DNA of 64,000 bases, taken from a virus (Duplodnaviria > Caudoviricetes). The stretch lies in the IMG/VR virus record IMGVR_UViG_3300005611_000001; one strand, written 5' to 3'. Every line of letters starts with the position of its first letter. The first letter of the stretch is position 1. Shown piece after piece: positions 1 through 8,763 of this stretch. The notes under the pieces are model-generated. The model had not been told where the DNA came from and searched no databases. It saw only the letters and a program-made list of their open reading frames with translations. The position numbers and the translations under genes are program-made.

Positions 1-801
1 AAGAATACCAATGACCTAAACGCTTTGAAAGAACTGCTCGGTCACTACATGGCAGAAGTTCGAATCATCGAAAAACCTACTGTCGTAGACTATGACGGCA
101 TGCCTATGGCTCTCGTTCCCTGGATCAATGACGAGAATGAGAAAGAAACTTACGAGTTTCTGTCAAAGTGTAAAGCGTCAATTGTTGGCGCGCATCTAGA
201 ACTAGAAGGCTTTGAAATGCAAGCAGGCATTCCATGTACGCATGGCATGAGTTCTGATATCTTCAAGCGATTCGACATGGTGCTGACTGGTCACTTCCAT
301 TCAAAGTCGAACATGGGCAACATTCACTATCTTGGTTCGCAGATGGAGTTTTTCTGGTCAGACGCGCACGAACCAAAATACTTCCATGTACTTGATACGA
401 ATACTCGCGAACTGACTGCAGTTCACAATCCCATCACATTGTTCCAGCGACTCTACTATGATGATACCGTAGAGAAAGCAGAGTATAAGTACCGCACTGG
501 GCAGCTACCAGATATCACTGACAAGTTTGTGAAAGTCGTGGTTGTTAACAAATCGAATCCTAAACTGTTTGATCATTGGCTAGACCGCATTCAATCAAAG
601 CGCATTCATGAGCTTAAGATTGCTGAGAACTTCGAAGAGTTTGTGGGTACATCAGTCGAAGATGAAAAAGTTTCTGTTGAATCTACAGAACAACTTCTCG
701 CTAGTTATATCGATGCAGTTGAAACACCGTTAGACAAAGCGCGTATCAAAAACATGATGCACGAATTAATGATTGAAGCACAGACAATGGATATTGTATG
801 A
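1..801 (+). CDS. gp47: Recombination endonuclease subunit (Mre11/SbcD-like), 5'-truncated by window edge
   Basis: Frame open from base 1; GAHLEL, LTGHFH, YLGS phosphoesterase motifs; upstream of gp46. Confidence 0.93.
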   Translation, partial: KNTNDLNALKELLGHYMAEVRIIEKPTVVDYDGMPMALVPWINDENEKETYEFLSKCKASIVGAHLELEGFEMQAGIPCTHGMSSDIFKRFDMVLTGHFHSKSNMGNIHYLGSQMEFFWSDAHEPKYFHVLDTNTRELTAVHNPITLFQRLYYDDTVEKAEYKYRTGQLPDITDKFVKVVVVNKSNPKLFDHWLDRIQSKRIHELKIAENFEEFVGTSVEDEKVSVESTEQLLASYIDAVETPLDKARIKNMMHELMIEAQTMDIV

Positions 802-1346
802 CATGGTATGACTCTAAGTTTCCAAAACCGGAAATGACTGAAGAAGAATTTCAATTTCTCACAGCAAACTTTACCAAAGACGATGTGGTAATCGAATACG
901 GTAGCGGGCATTCTACACCAAATTTAGCACCTCTAGTCGGTGAGCTTTGGACTGTTGATCATCACGAGCAATGGTACAACAAGGTAAAAGACATGTGTTC
1001 TGGTTTTACTAATGTCAGACACATCCATGTACCTTTCGACGCGCCACGCCGCCCACCAGCCGTCTGGCGACGCAATCCAGAGGCAGTGTACGGATTTCCT
1101 ACGCCCTTTGAGTGCGTCAAATCTTACTCAACCTGGATACTGACTCAAGAACAGAAGTTTGATAAAGTGTTTCTTGACGGTCGAGGAAGACAATGGGTGG
1201 CTCAGATGATTATTAACAATCTCAAAGAAGATCATGAACTGTTTGTACATGACTACATTGACCGCAAAAGATACTTTACAATTGAACGCTTCTATGATAA
1301 GATAGAGGTCGTTGGTTCTATGGCAAAGTTTAAGTGTAAAATATGA
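798..1346 (+). CDS. Putative class I SAM-dependent methyltransferase-like protein
   Basis: VIEYGSGHST (motif I), TVDHH, FDKVFLDGRGR, VHDY. Confidence 0.6.
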   Translation: MTWYDSKFPKPEMTEEEFQFLTANFTKDDVVIEYGSGHSTPNLAPLVGELWTVDHHEQWYNKVKDMCSGFTNVRHIHVPFDAPRRPPAVWRRNPEAVYGFPTPFECVKSYSTWILTQEQKFDKVFLDGRGRQWVAQMIINNLKEDHELFVHDYIDRKRYFTIERFYDKIEVVGSMAKFKCKI

Positions 1347-3058
1347 TCGTATTTAAAAATCTGCGGTACCGTAACTTTCTAAGTACGGGCGATAACTTCA
1401 CAGAAATTGCGCTGAACAAGTCCCGCTCTACGCTGATTATAGGTCAGAATGGTGCGGGCAAGTCAACCATGCTTGACGCGCTATCGTTCGCGTTATTTGG
1501 TAAAGCACACCGTAATATCAATAAGAACCAGTTGATCAACTCTATCAATAACAAAGCAATGCTTGTCGAAGTAGAGTTTGATATTGGTCCCGCTTCGTAT
1601 AAGATTGTGCGTGGTGTGAAGCCCAACAAGTTTGAGATTTGGAAAGATGGTAATCTGATTAATCAAGATAGCCACAATAAAGAATATCAAAAGGTTTTAG
1701 AGCAGAACATTTTAAAACTAAATCACAAATCGTTTCATCAGATTGTTGTATTGGGTAGCAGCAGTTTTATTCCGTTTATGCAACTGCCTGCACAGCACCG
1801 TCGCGAGGTGATCGAAGACCTACTAGACATCAATGTGTTCTCTAAGATGAATCAGATTCTCAAAGAGAAAGCATCGGTGCTCAAGGAGAATCTAAAACAA
1901 AATGAACACTTTATCGAACTTGTCGAAACAAGACTCCTCTCTCAATCTAAGTATCTCCGTGACATACAGGCGATCAATACGGCGCAGCGAGAAGAAAAGA
2001 GATCCGAAATTGCCAAGGCTCAAGAGGAGTGCGCGGCGCTCAGTGCTGAAGTTGAAATCTTGGAACAACAAGTACACCTCCTTCTACCAAGTGCCGAGGC
2101 TGCACTCAACTCCGCCCGAAAACAAATCGAAAAAATTAAAGAGTATGAAACGGCATTTAAAACAAAAGCAAAGTCTATTGCGAAAGAGGTCAAGTTTTTT
2201 GCGGAAAATACGGATTGTCCTACCTGCGGGCAGCATATCGAGGATTCGCTTCGTAGACAGAAGACTGATCTGGGTACCGAGAAAGCAAAGGAACTTAACG
2301 AAGCCATCGCCAAAGCGAGTGATGCGAAACGCGCTCTGGAAAATTCAGAAACCGAAGCGTTATCTGAGATCCAACAAGTATCTGATTGGCATAATCAGAC
2401 ACTGGTAAAGAATCAGGTCATTTCTAGACTGCAGAGCAGCGTGGCAAAACTGCAGAAAGAAATCGAAGAAATGGACAATACTGGTACTGATCTTGAAGAA
2501 GCGCAACGCCAGTTAGAGCAATTGCAAGAAGAAAAGAACAATCTTTTCGAAGCAAAGCATGAGCAAAACGAGCAGTTTTCTTATCACATGATTTGCTCTG
2601 AGTTGCTGAAAGATACGGGTATCAAGACCAAGATCATCAAGCAGTATCTACCTGTGATCAATAATCTTGTAAACAAGTATCTACAAGTGCTAGACTTCTA
2701 TGTGTCGTTTCATCTGGACGATACTTTCAAAGAGTCTATTCGCTCGCGCTATCGTGATGAGTTTTCATACGATTCGTTCAGCGAAGGTGAGAAACAGCGG
2801 ATTGACCTTGCGCTACTGTTTACATGGCGCATGGTAGCGAAGATGAAGAATAGCATTGCAACCAATCTGCTGATTCTTGACGAAACCTTTGATAGTAGTC
2901 TAGACGCTGATGGCGTGGACAATCTAACGAAAATTCTCGAAACACTTGATGATGAGACCCGCGTCTTTATAATTTCTCACAAAGGAGACTTGCTTGACGG
3001 TAAATTTGATGATAAGATAGAATTTGTGAAACACAAAAACTTTAGCAAAATTGCTTGA
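1343..3058 (+). CDS. gp46: Recombination endonuclease ATPase subunit (Rad50/SbcC-like)
   Basis: Walker A GQNGAGKST, CPTC zinc hook, signature FSEGEKQRIDLAL, Walker B LILDE. Confidence 0.97.
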   Translation: MIVFKNLRYRNFLSTGDNFTEIALNKSRSTLIIGQNGAGKSTMLDALSFALFGKAHRNINKNQLINSINNKAMLVEVEFDIGPASYKIVRGVKPNKFEIWKDGNLINQDSHNKEYQKVLEQNILKLNHKSFHQIVVLGSSSFIPFMQLPAQHRREVIEDLLDINVFSKMNQILKEKASVLKENLKQNEHFIELVETRLLSQSKYLRDIQAINTAQREEKRSEIAKAQEECAALSAEVEILEQQVHLLLPSAEAALNSARKQIEKIKEYETAFKTKAKSIAKEVKFFAENTDCPTCGQHIEDSLRRQKTDLGTEKAKELNEAIAKASDAKRALENSETEALSEIQQVSDWHNQTLVKNQVISRLQSSVAKLQKEIEEMDNTGTDLEEAQRQLEQLQEEKNNLFEAKHEQNEQFSYHMICSELLKDTGIKTKIIKQYLPVINNLVNKYLQVLDFYVSFHLDDTFKESIRSRYRDEFSYDSFSEGEKQRIDLALLFTWRMVAKMKNSIATNLLILDETFDSSLDADGVDNLTKILETLDDETRVFIISHKGDLLDGKFDDKIEFVKHKNFSKIA

Positions 3059-3083
3059 CTTAATGGGTACTTCGTGATACCTT
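3055..3083 (+). promoter_or_regulatory. Sigma70-like promoter upstream of gp45
   Basis: TTGACT-17-TACCTT with TG extension. Confidence 0.4.
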
Positions 3084-3118
3084 ATCTACACTTTATGTAA
3101 CTTGAAGGGTACATTATT

Positions 3119-3796
3119 ATGGAACTATCTGAAAAAGCGTCGACCGTTCTCAAGAACTTTGCGACGATCAATCCCAACATTGTACTTACCAAAGGCAACA
3201 CTATCAAGACCATCTCGGAAGCAAAGAATGTCCTTGCTACTGCGACCCTTGATGTTGAGTTTCCAAAGACTGTCGGTGTCTATGATCTGAACGAATTTCT
3301 TAGTGTTCTGTCTTTGATCGATAGCCCTACGCTGTCTTTCTCGGACGACAACTTTGTGACGATTAGCGATTCGTCTTTGCGTACTAATGTTAAGTACTTT
3401 TATTCTGATATAAGTATGCTTACTGTTCCTAACAAAGACATTGTAATGCCCGAAGCTGAAGTGACTTTTACTCTTGATCGTGATACACTTTCGCGCGTCA
3501 AGCGAGCCGCTTCTGTTCTTGGTCATACTGAAATGTCTCTGTCTGTAGTGGACGGTGCATTAGAACTGCGTGTCATTGATCATAATGATCCTACTTCGAA
3601 TGCATATTCGACTCTGGTTCAAGGCACGTTTAAAGATCCAAACTTCAACTTTGTTTTCAATATTTCAAACTTGAAGATGGTAGAAGGCGATTATCAAGTT
3701 GATATTTCGTCGAAGCTGATTTCTCAGTTCACCAATGAAACTGCAGGAATTAAATACTGGGTTGCACTTGAAAAAAACAGTAAATACGGAGAATAG
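3119..3796 (+). CDS. gp45: Sliding clamp
   Basis: MELSEKASTVLKNFATINPNI N-terminus, VYDLNEFLSVLSL, KYWVALE; synteny. Confidence 0.95.
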   Translation: MELSEKASTVLKNFATINPNIVLTKGNTIKTISEAKNVLATATLDVEFPKTVGVYDLNEFLSVLSLIDSPTLSFSDDNFVTISDSSLRTNVKYFYSDISMLTVPNKDIVMPEAEVTFTLDRDTLSRVKRAASVLGHTEMSLSVVDGALELRVIDHNDPTSNAYSTLVQGTFKDPNFNFVFNISNLKMVEGDYQVDISSKLISQFTNETAGIKYWVALEKNSKYGE

Positions 3797-3798
3797 TA

Positions 3799-3990
3799 AT
3801 GGCAAATAATGAAATGGTCGATCTGACAAATCGTGTTACGCGAAGCACGGTCGCTGTAATTGACACTGTAACTTCTCGTGGTGGTTTCCGCGGCGAAGAA
3901 CTTTCTACGATTGGGCAACTGCGTGATCAATGCATTCAATTAATCCAATTGGTTGAACAAGCACAATCCGAAGCTGAATCTGAGTCGTAA
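3799..3990 (+). CDS. Small hypothetical protein
   Basis: ORF with SD-like GGAG, tiled after gp45. Confidence 0.65.
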   Translation: MANNEMVDLTNRVTRSTVAVIDTVTSRGGFRGEELSTIGQLRDQCIQLIQLVEQAQSEAESES

Positions 3991-4010
3991 GTGTGATATA
4001 ATCTACTCCA

Positions 4011-4172
4011 ATGAAACGCATATGGACTGTATGGAAATATGCTATTGGCAGTTATAGCGACGAAAAAACTGCCGACTATGATGATGTAGTTGCGATTATT
4101 CGATCAGTATTTGTGACTGTGAACTTTGTGACATGTTTCTTTATTATGTCCAATATCATTCACAACTGGTAA
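4011..4172 (+). CDS. Small membrane protein, 53 aa (not in ORF track)
   Basis: Hand translation MKRIWTVWKYAIGSYSDEKTADYDDVVAIIRSVFVTVNFVTCFFIMSNIIHNW; hydrophobic C-half. Confidence 0.6.
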   Translation: MKRIWTVWKYAIGSYSDEKTADYDDVVAIIRSVFVTVNFVTCFFIMSNIIHNW

Positions 4173-4193
4173 CTTTATTATGTGGAGTAAATT

Positions 4194-5132
4194 ATGTCAA
4201 ACGATTTTCTGTGGGTCGAGAAGTATCGCCCGCGCAAGGTAGAAGATGCTATTCTACCGAAGCCTCTCAAAGAAGTCTTTACCAAGATCGTGCAGTCTGG
4301 TGAATTGCCTAACATGCTTTTCACTGGCACTGCAGGTCTTGGCAAGACTACAGTCGCGCGCGCTCTGTGTGACGAATTGGGATACGATTACATTGTGATC
4401 AATGGCTCTGAAGAGGGCAACATTGATACTTTGCGAGGCAAGATCAAGCGCTTCGCTTCTACTGTTTCTCTCAGTGGTGATCTGAAGGTTGTCATTCTAG
4501 ATGAAGCAGATTACTTGAATCCACAATCGACTCAGCCTGCTCTTCGTGGCTTCATCGAAGAGTTTTCGAACAACTGTCGGTTCATTCTGACCTGTAACTT
4601 CAAGAATCGTATCATTGAACCTCTACACTCTCGCTGTGGTGTGTACGAGTTTAATACGACCAAGAAAGAGATGCAGGCTCTCTGCGCAGATTTCTTTGTC
4701 CGTCTCATTCATATTCTTGAAAGTGAAGGCGTATCCTTTAATAAAGACCTGATCGCTCAATTGATCATGAAGCATGCGCCTGACTGGCGCCGTGTGATCA
4801 ATGAGTGTCAGCGCTACTCTATTGGCGGGCAACTAGAAACTACAGTTCTCAATAATGACGTTTCGGGCAACTATAGTGTTCTTTTCAAGGCTCTGAAAGA
4901 CAAAGACTTTAAAAAGATGCGTAGTTGGGTTGCGCAGAATGTTGATGTCGATGTTTCTGCAATTTTTCGACATATATACGATAGTATGTACGATTGTGTT
5001 TCACCTTCGTCCATACCACAGTTAATATTAATCCTTGCAGATTATCAGTACAAAAACGCATTTGTTGCTGATCACGAACTAAACGTGGTTGCGTGTATGA
5101 CTGAAATAATGGCAAATGTGGAGTTTACATGA
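4194..5132 (+). CDS. gp44: Clamp loader large subunit (AAA+)
   Basis: LWVEKYRP, GTAGLGKTT, VVILDEAD, RFILTCN, PLHSRC. Confidence 0.97.
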   Translation: MSNDFLWVEKYRPRKVEDAILPKPLKEVFTKIVQSGELPNMLFTGTAGLGKTTVARALCDELGYDYIVINGSEEGNIDTLRGKIKRFASTVSLSGDLKVVILDEADYLNPQSTQPALRGFIEEFSNNCRFILTCNFKNRIIEPLHSRCGVYEFNTTKKEMQALCADFFVRLIHILESEGVSFNKDLIAQLIMKHAPDWRRVINECQRYSIGGQLETTVLNNDVSGNYSVLFKALKDKDFKKMRSWVAQNVDVDVSAIFRHIYDSMYDCVSPSSIPQLILILADYQYKNAFVADHELNVVACMTEIMANVEFT

Positions 5133-5135
5133 CAA

Positions 5136-5930
5136 ATGTATCGCGACAATATTTTCTATTTTAATGGATATAGAAAAGAGTTTATAGATTTTAGAACTTG
5201 CCCAAAAAATGGATCAACTTCGATCAAAGAACTTTATTTAAAAACTTTGAGCCCTAAAGAATTGTATAATTATGAAAATTATGTAAAAACAAGCACGCAC
5301 GAGCCGCTGAATTGGAGACAAAGATTGATCTGGTTTTACGCTGATCAATTTGATATGCCTTTTCGCAAAAATTCAATTCGTTTTGCAATAAGAAGAGATC
5401 CTCTAGATAGATTTAAGTCCGCAGTTGAAATGTTACAGGCCCAATCAAAAATTGCAAAAGTTGATCCTGATATCAATGTCGATGGTTTTGACAAATCGTA
5501 TAAAGGCTATTCATCAGTAAAAGAAGTCTTAGACAAACTAGAATCAAATGAAATTGTAAATGCTCATTTTTGGACTCAGACATATTATATGGGTCATCCT
5601 TCTCAATATGATTATGTTTATGATATTTCAGAAATGGGCGCTTGTTTGACGCATGTGACGAATTTTGTTAGCTTGCGAGATTTACAGCTTGACAAATACC
5701 CAATCCACTTGCTGATGTCAAATAATTCTTCTGATGAAGATTTGGCAAAAGTAAAGTCGGAAGAATACAATTTTAAGAAGCGCATGGGTACACATTTTGA
5801 TTTTGTGAAAATATCAGAAGAAGAAAAAATAACAAGGCATATGACATCAATGGATTATGCAAGAGTCCGTAAACTTTACAAAATCGACTACGAAAATGGT
5901 TGGGGAATTCCCGCAAATGTATATCGTTGA
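5136..5930 (+). CDS. Sulfotransferase-family protein
   Basis: 5'-PSB-like CPKNGSTSIK, 3'-PB-like RRDPLDRFKSA, HFWTQ. Confidence 0.65.
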   Translation: MYRDNIFYFNGYRKEFIDFRTCPKNGSTSIKELYLKTLSPKELYNYENYVKTSTHEPLNWRQRLIWFYADQFDMPFRKNSIRFAIRRDPLDRFKSAVEMLQAQSKIAKVDPDINVDGFDKSYKGYSSVKEVLDKLESNEIVNAHFWTQTYYMGHPSQYDYVYDISEMGACLTHVTNFVSLRDLQLDKYPIHLLMSNNSSDEDLAKVKSEEYNFKKRMGTHFDFVKISEEEKITRHMTSMDYARVRKLYKIDYENGWGIPANVYR

Positions 5931-6540
5931 AAAAACAACTCCCTGGCCTCATTGGGTAATAGACGATTTTTTGCCCAAGCACGAATTTGAATATCTTCAG
6001 ATGCTCACAAAAAATTGGCCAAAACCTAGGGACACAATCGATAAGTTGAATTGCAGATTAGATTGGTTTAAATTCTATGATCAAACTTATAAATTCGATG
6101 ACGAAGCTATTGAAGTTCGAAAAATTTTAAAACGGTCTGCAAAAAGACTAGAAAAAAGATTCGATATAAAGAATAAGTACAAGTCTTTGCATCTTGAATA
6201 TGCAAACTGTGGGCGCGATTATTATTACAGGGTGCATGTTGATGCACAAACAAAGTTCATGAGCAATGTTCTTTATGTCTCTCCTGACGGTGATGGCACC
6301 AGACTTTTTTCAGATAAAAACATGAATGATGTTGTATATGTTGACTGGAAGCCAAATCGTTTAGTATCATTCTTGGTAGACGATTACAAATATCATGACT
6401 ATTACTCTACAGTTGATGATAGAATTACGTTTAATATTTGCTTTATGAATAGCAGTATAAACTCAAAAAATCCACCGAAAAGATTTGAAGGTGGTGATGT
6501 TTTAACTTTGAGGGACATCTATAATAATGAATCCATTTGA
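5917..6540 (+). CDS. 2OG-Fe(II) oxygenase-like protein
   Basis: HVD (HxD), distal YHDY, RITFN; start set at ATG 5917. Confidence 0.6.
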   Translation: MYIVEKTTPWPHWVIDDFLPKHEFEYLQMLTKNWPKPRDTIDKLNCRLDWFKFYDQTYKFDDEAIEVRKILKRSAKRLEKRFDIKNKYKSLHLEYANCGRDYYYRVHVDAQTKFMSNVLYVSPDGDGTRLFSDKNMNDVVYVDWKPNRLVSFLVDDYKYHDYYSTVDDRITFNICFMNSSINSKNPPKRFEGGDVLTLRDIYNNESI

Positions 6541-6904
6541 TTATGTAAACGCGATCAATTACGACAAAAAAGACATCATGAAAGACGATCTTGACGAAAA
6601 AGCATACAACACTTTTTTGACCAATCGTTCTCTATCTTATTTTCCTGACACCGTGGCTGCAGCCAATGCAATCAATCAGTATCATCATCTTGATAAAAAA
6701 CTGCAATTCCATTTTTTACTAAATATAGTAAGAAAGCGAAAGCGCTTCTCTAAATGGGAAAAGCCAGAAGTTTTCGATGATGTGACCGCGGTAAAGGAGT
6801 ATTATGGATACAGCAACGAAAAAGCACGTTCTGCTTTGTCCCTCCTTTCACCAGATCAAATAGAAGAATTAAAAAGAAGGATCTATAAAGGTGGAAGAAA
6901 ATAA
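6527..6904 (+). CDS. gp62: Clamp loader small subunit
   Basis: MNPFDYVNAIN, NRSLSYFPDT, KEYYGYSNEKA; upstream of regA. Confidence 0.9.
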   Translation: MNPFDYVNAINYDKKDIMKDDLDEKAYNTFLTNRSLSYFPDTVAAANAINQYHHLDKKLQFHFLLNIVRKRKRFSKWEKPEVFDDVTAVKEYYGYSNEKARSALSLLSPDQIEELKRRIYKGGRK

Positions 6905-7298
6905 AGTTTGGAAGTCTACAGATATGTTGGAGATCGTCTTGAACGAGCCAGACGATTTCCTAAAAGTGCGTGAAACGCTAACACGAATGGGCGTCGCTTC
7001 GCGCAGAGAAAATAAACTTTTTCAGTCCTGTCATATTTTACACAAACAAGGTCGATATTTTATCGTTCATTTTAAAGAGCTATTTCTCCTTGATGGTAAA
7101 AAATCTAATCTTGAAGAAGCTGATGTATTAAGAAGAAATACGATTGCTACTTTGCTTGCAGACTGGGGCTTGATAAAAATCATCGATAAAACAAAAGTGG
7201 CAGAATGTGCGCCATTGCGTCAAGTCAAGATCATTTCTCACAAAGAAAAAGATCAGTGGGAACTTTGCCCCAAATATAATATCGGTAATAAGTCTTGA
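6891..7298 (+). CDS. regA: Translational repressor RegA
   Basis: DDFLKVRETLTRMGVAS, LFQSCHILHKQGRYFIVHFKELF. Confidence 0.97.
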   Translation: MEENKVWKSTDMLEIVLNEPDDFLKVRETLTRMGVASRRENKLFQSCHILHKQGRYFIVHFKELFLLDGKKSNLEEADVLRRNTIATLLADWGLIKIIDKTKVAECAPLRQVKIISHKEKDQWELCPKYNIGNKS

Positions 7299-7317
7299 TA
7301 TTGTAGGTCATATAGTG

Positions 7318-7325
7318 TATAAATA
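7318..7325 (+). promoter_or_regulatory. T4-type late promoter upstream of hsp20
   Basis: Exact TATAAATA in intergenic position. Confidence 0.7.
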
Positions 7326-7386
7326 GATGTGCGATGCGGATGGTCCGGTCGCACTTCAATCTTGCTTAATTTAAGGAGATACACTC

Positions 7387-7818
7387 ATGACTACTCATGA
7401 AATCGTGCCTTTTGGCGCTGCACTGCCTCGTTTTGTTGGTTTCGATAATCTGTTCCGCGACATGGAGCTGTTGACGAAACCTTCGAATCAACAGAACTAT
7501 CCCCCTCATAATATCGTCAAGTACGACGATGAAACTTATCAATTAGAAATCGCTGCTGCTGGCTTTGCGAAAGACGAGCTAAAAGTTGAACATCACAATA
7601 CTGATCTAGTGGTCAGTGGTGAACAACACGGCGCTCGTGATGACGAGCCTTTGACATTCATTCACAAGGGTATTTCGTCTAAGAAGTTTCAGAAAGCGTT
7701 CAAGATTGCAGAGCATATGAATGTCGTCAGTGCTTCTTACACTGATGGTATTCTGTACATTCTTCTGAAGCTTGAACTTCCTGAAGAGAAAAAGCCAAAA
7801 GTGGTTTCGATTCAGTAA
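7387..7818 (+). CDS. hsp20: Small heat shock protein Hsp20
   Basis: VGFDNLF, NYPPHNIVK, LEIAAAGF, HKGISSKKF, YTDGIL. Confidence 0.95.
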   Translation: MTTHEIVPFGAALPRFVGFDNLFRDMELLTKPSNQQNYPPHNIVKYDDETYQLEIAAAGFAKDELKVEHHNTDLVVSGEQHGARDDEPLTFIHKGISSKKFQKAFKIAEHMNVVSASYTDGILYILLKLELPEEKKPKVVSIQ

Positions 7819-7869
7819 TAAATAAAAGGGTTCGCGGGCACCCTAAGCCCGCATTTAGAGGTAACGTGT

Positions 7870-8019
7870 ATGAACAGAAATCTTGTAAAGGGGTTTGCAG
7901 AAATGATCAAATTTATAGGCGACAAGGTAAAAGATTTCTTTATGGGTTTGACACATGTTCAAGCTGGCTGGGTCACAGTTGCTACTGTTTCCGTTATTGT
8001 GCTTCTAGCAATCGTTTAA
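7870..8019 (+). CDS. Small membrane protein, 49 aa (not in ORF track)
   Basis: SD GAGGT; C-terminal hydrophobic helix GWVTVATVSVIVLLAIV. Confidence 0.55.
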   Translation: MNRNLVKGFAEMIKFIGDKVKDFFMGLTHVQAGWVTVATVSVIVLLAIV

Positions 8020-8031
8020 AGAAATTTTGTT

Positions 8032-8763
8032 ATGATTAAAGCCATAATGCAAATTGATCTCAATAATGCTTTGGCTTTAAGATATCACGAAGTTGCATTA
8101 AAATCTTTTGAAAGAGTCTCAGACATATTTGAGATTGAAGTGGTGCAATGTGTTTTGCCCACCACTCTTCTTCCTGAACTAAAAGACATACCTAATGCAT
8201 TGACGAAAAGATCGCCGCAAGAGTTAGCATCACTACACTCTAATTATCGCATGGCAAAAAGAATTTCAGAAGGCGAAAGATTCTGGGTTCTTGAACATGA
8301 TGCGTATCTTCGCCCACAACACGAAGACGTTTTTCGCATGATTATGTCCAAGTGGCTCACAAAAGATTCTACTTTTCAACTAGGTATGGCAAACGAATTT
8401 TGGACTACCGTACCTGCAATTGCAAAGATGTATTGTGAGCAAGTGCAAAAAGGATGGGACATTGGCCCTATGTCGCTTTTGCATCGTGTCACAGACGCAT
8501 ACTGCAGAACAAAAAAACACAATCATCGAGACACCTATTGGCCCATGAATCGATTTAAAAATCCAGAATGGCGCAACAAAACAGGTGTAGACATTAACGT
8601 AAGTATAGCGTATAATAGACCCAGCATTGTCATTGACTCTCCTATCACTCAAATTTTGGATGAGAAATATGGCGGCACTGTACGCGACAGAAAACGCCCA
8701 AATAAAATATATGTCAGGGAAGCACACCCTGACGTTGAATGGATAAAACTTGATAACGAATGA
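8032..8763 (+). CDS. Glycosyltransferase family 25-like protein
   Basis: WVLEHDAY (cf. ILEDDA); resembles 60169-60801. Confidence 0.4.
   Translation: MIKAIMQIDLNNALALRYHEVALKSFERVSDIFEIEVVQCVLPTTLLPELKDIPNALTKRSPQELASLHSNYRMAKRISEGERFWVLEHDAYLRPQHEDVFRMIMSKWLTKDSTFQLGMANEFWTTVPAIAKMYCEQVQKGWDIGPMSLLHRVTDAYCRTKKHNHRDTYWPMNRFKNPEWRNKTGVDINVSIAYNRPSIVIDSPITQILDEKYGGTVRDRKRPNKIYVREAHPDVEWIKLDNE

Noticed and set aside
7827-7852. Resemblance to a preQ1-I riboswitch
   Set aside because: Lacks the A-rich 3' tail, and no queuosine gene follows
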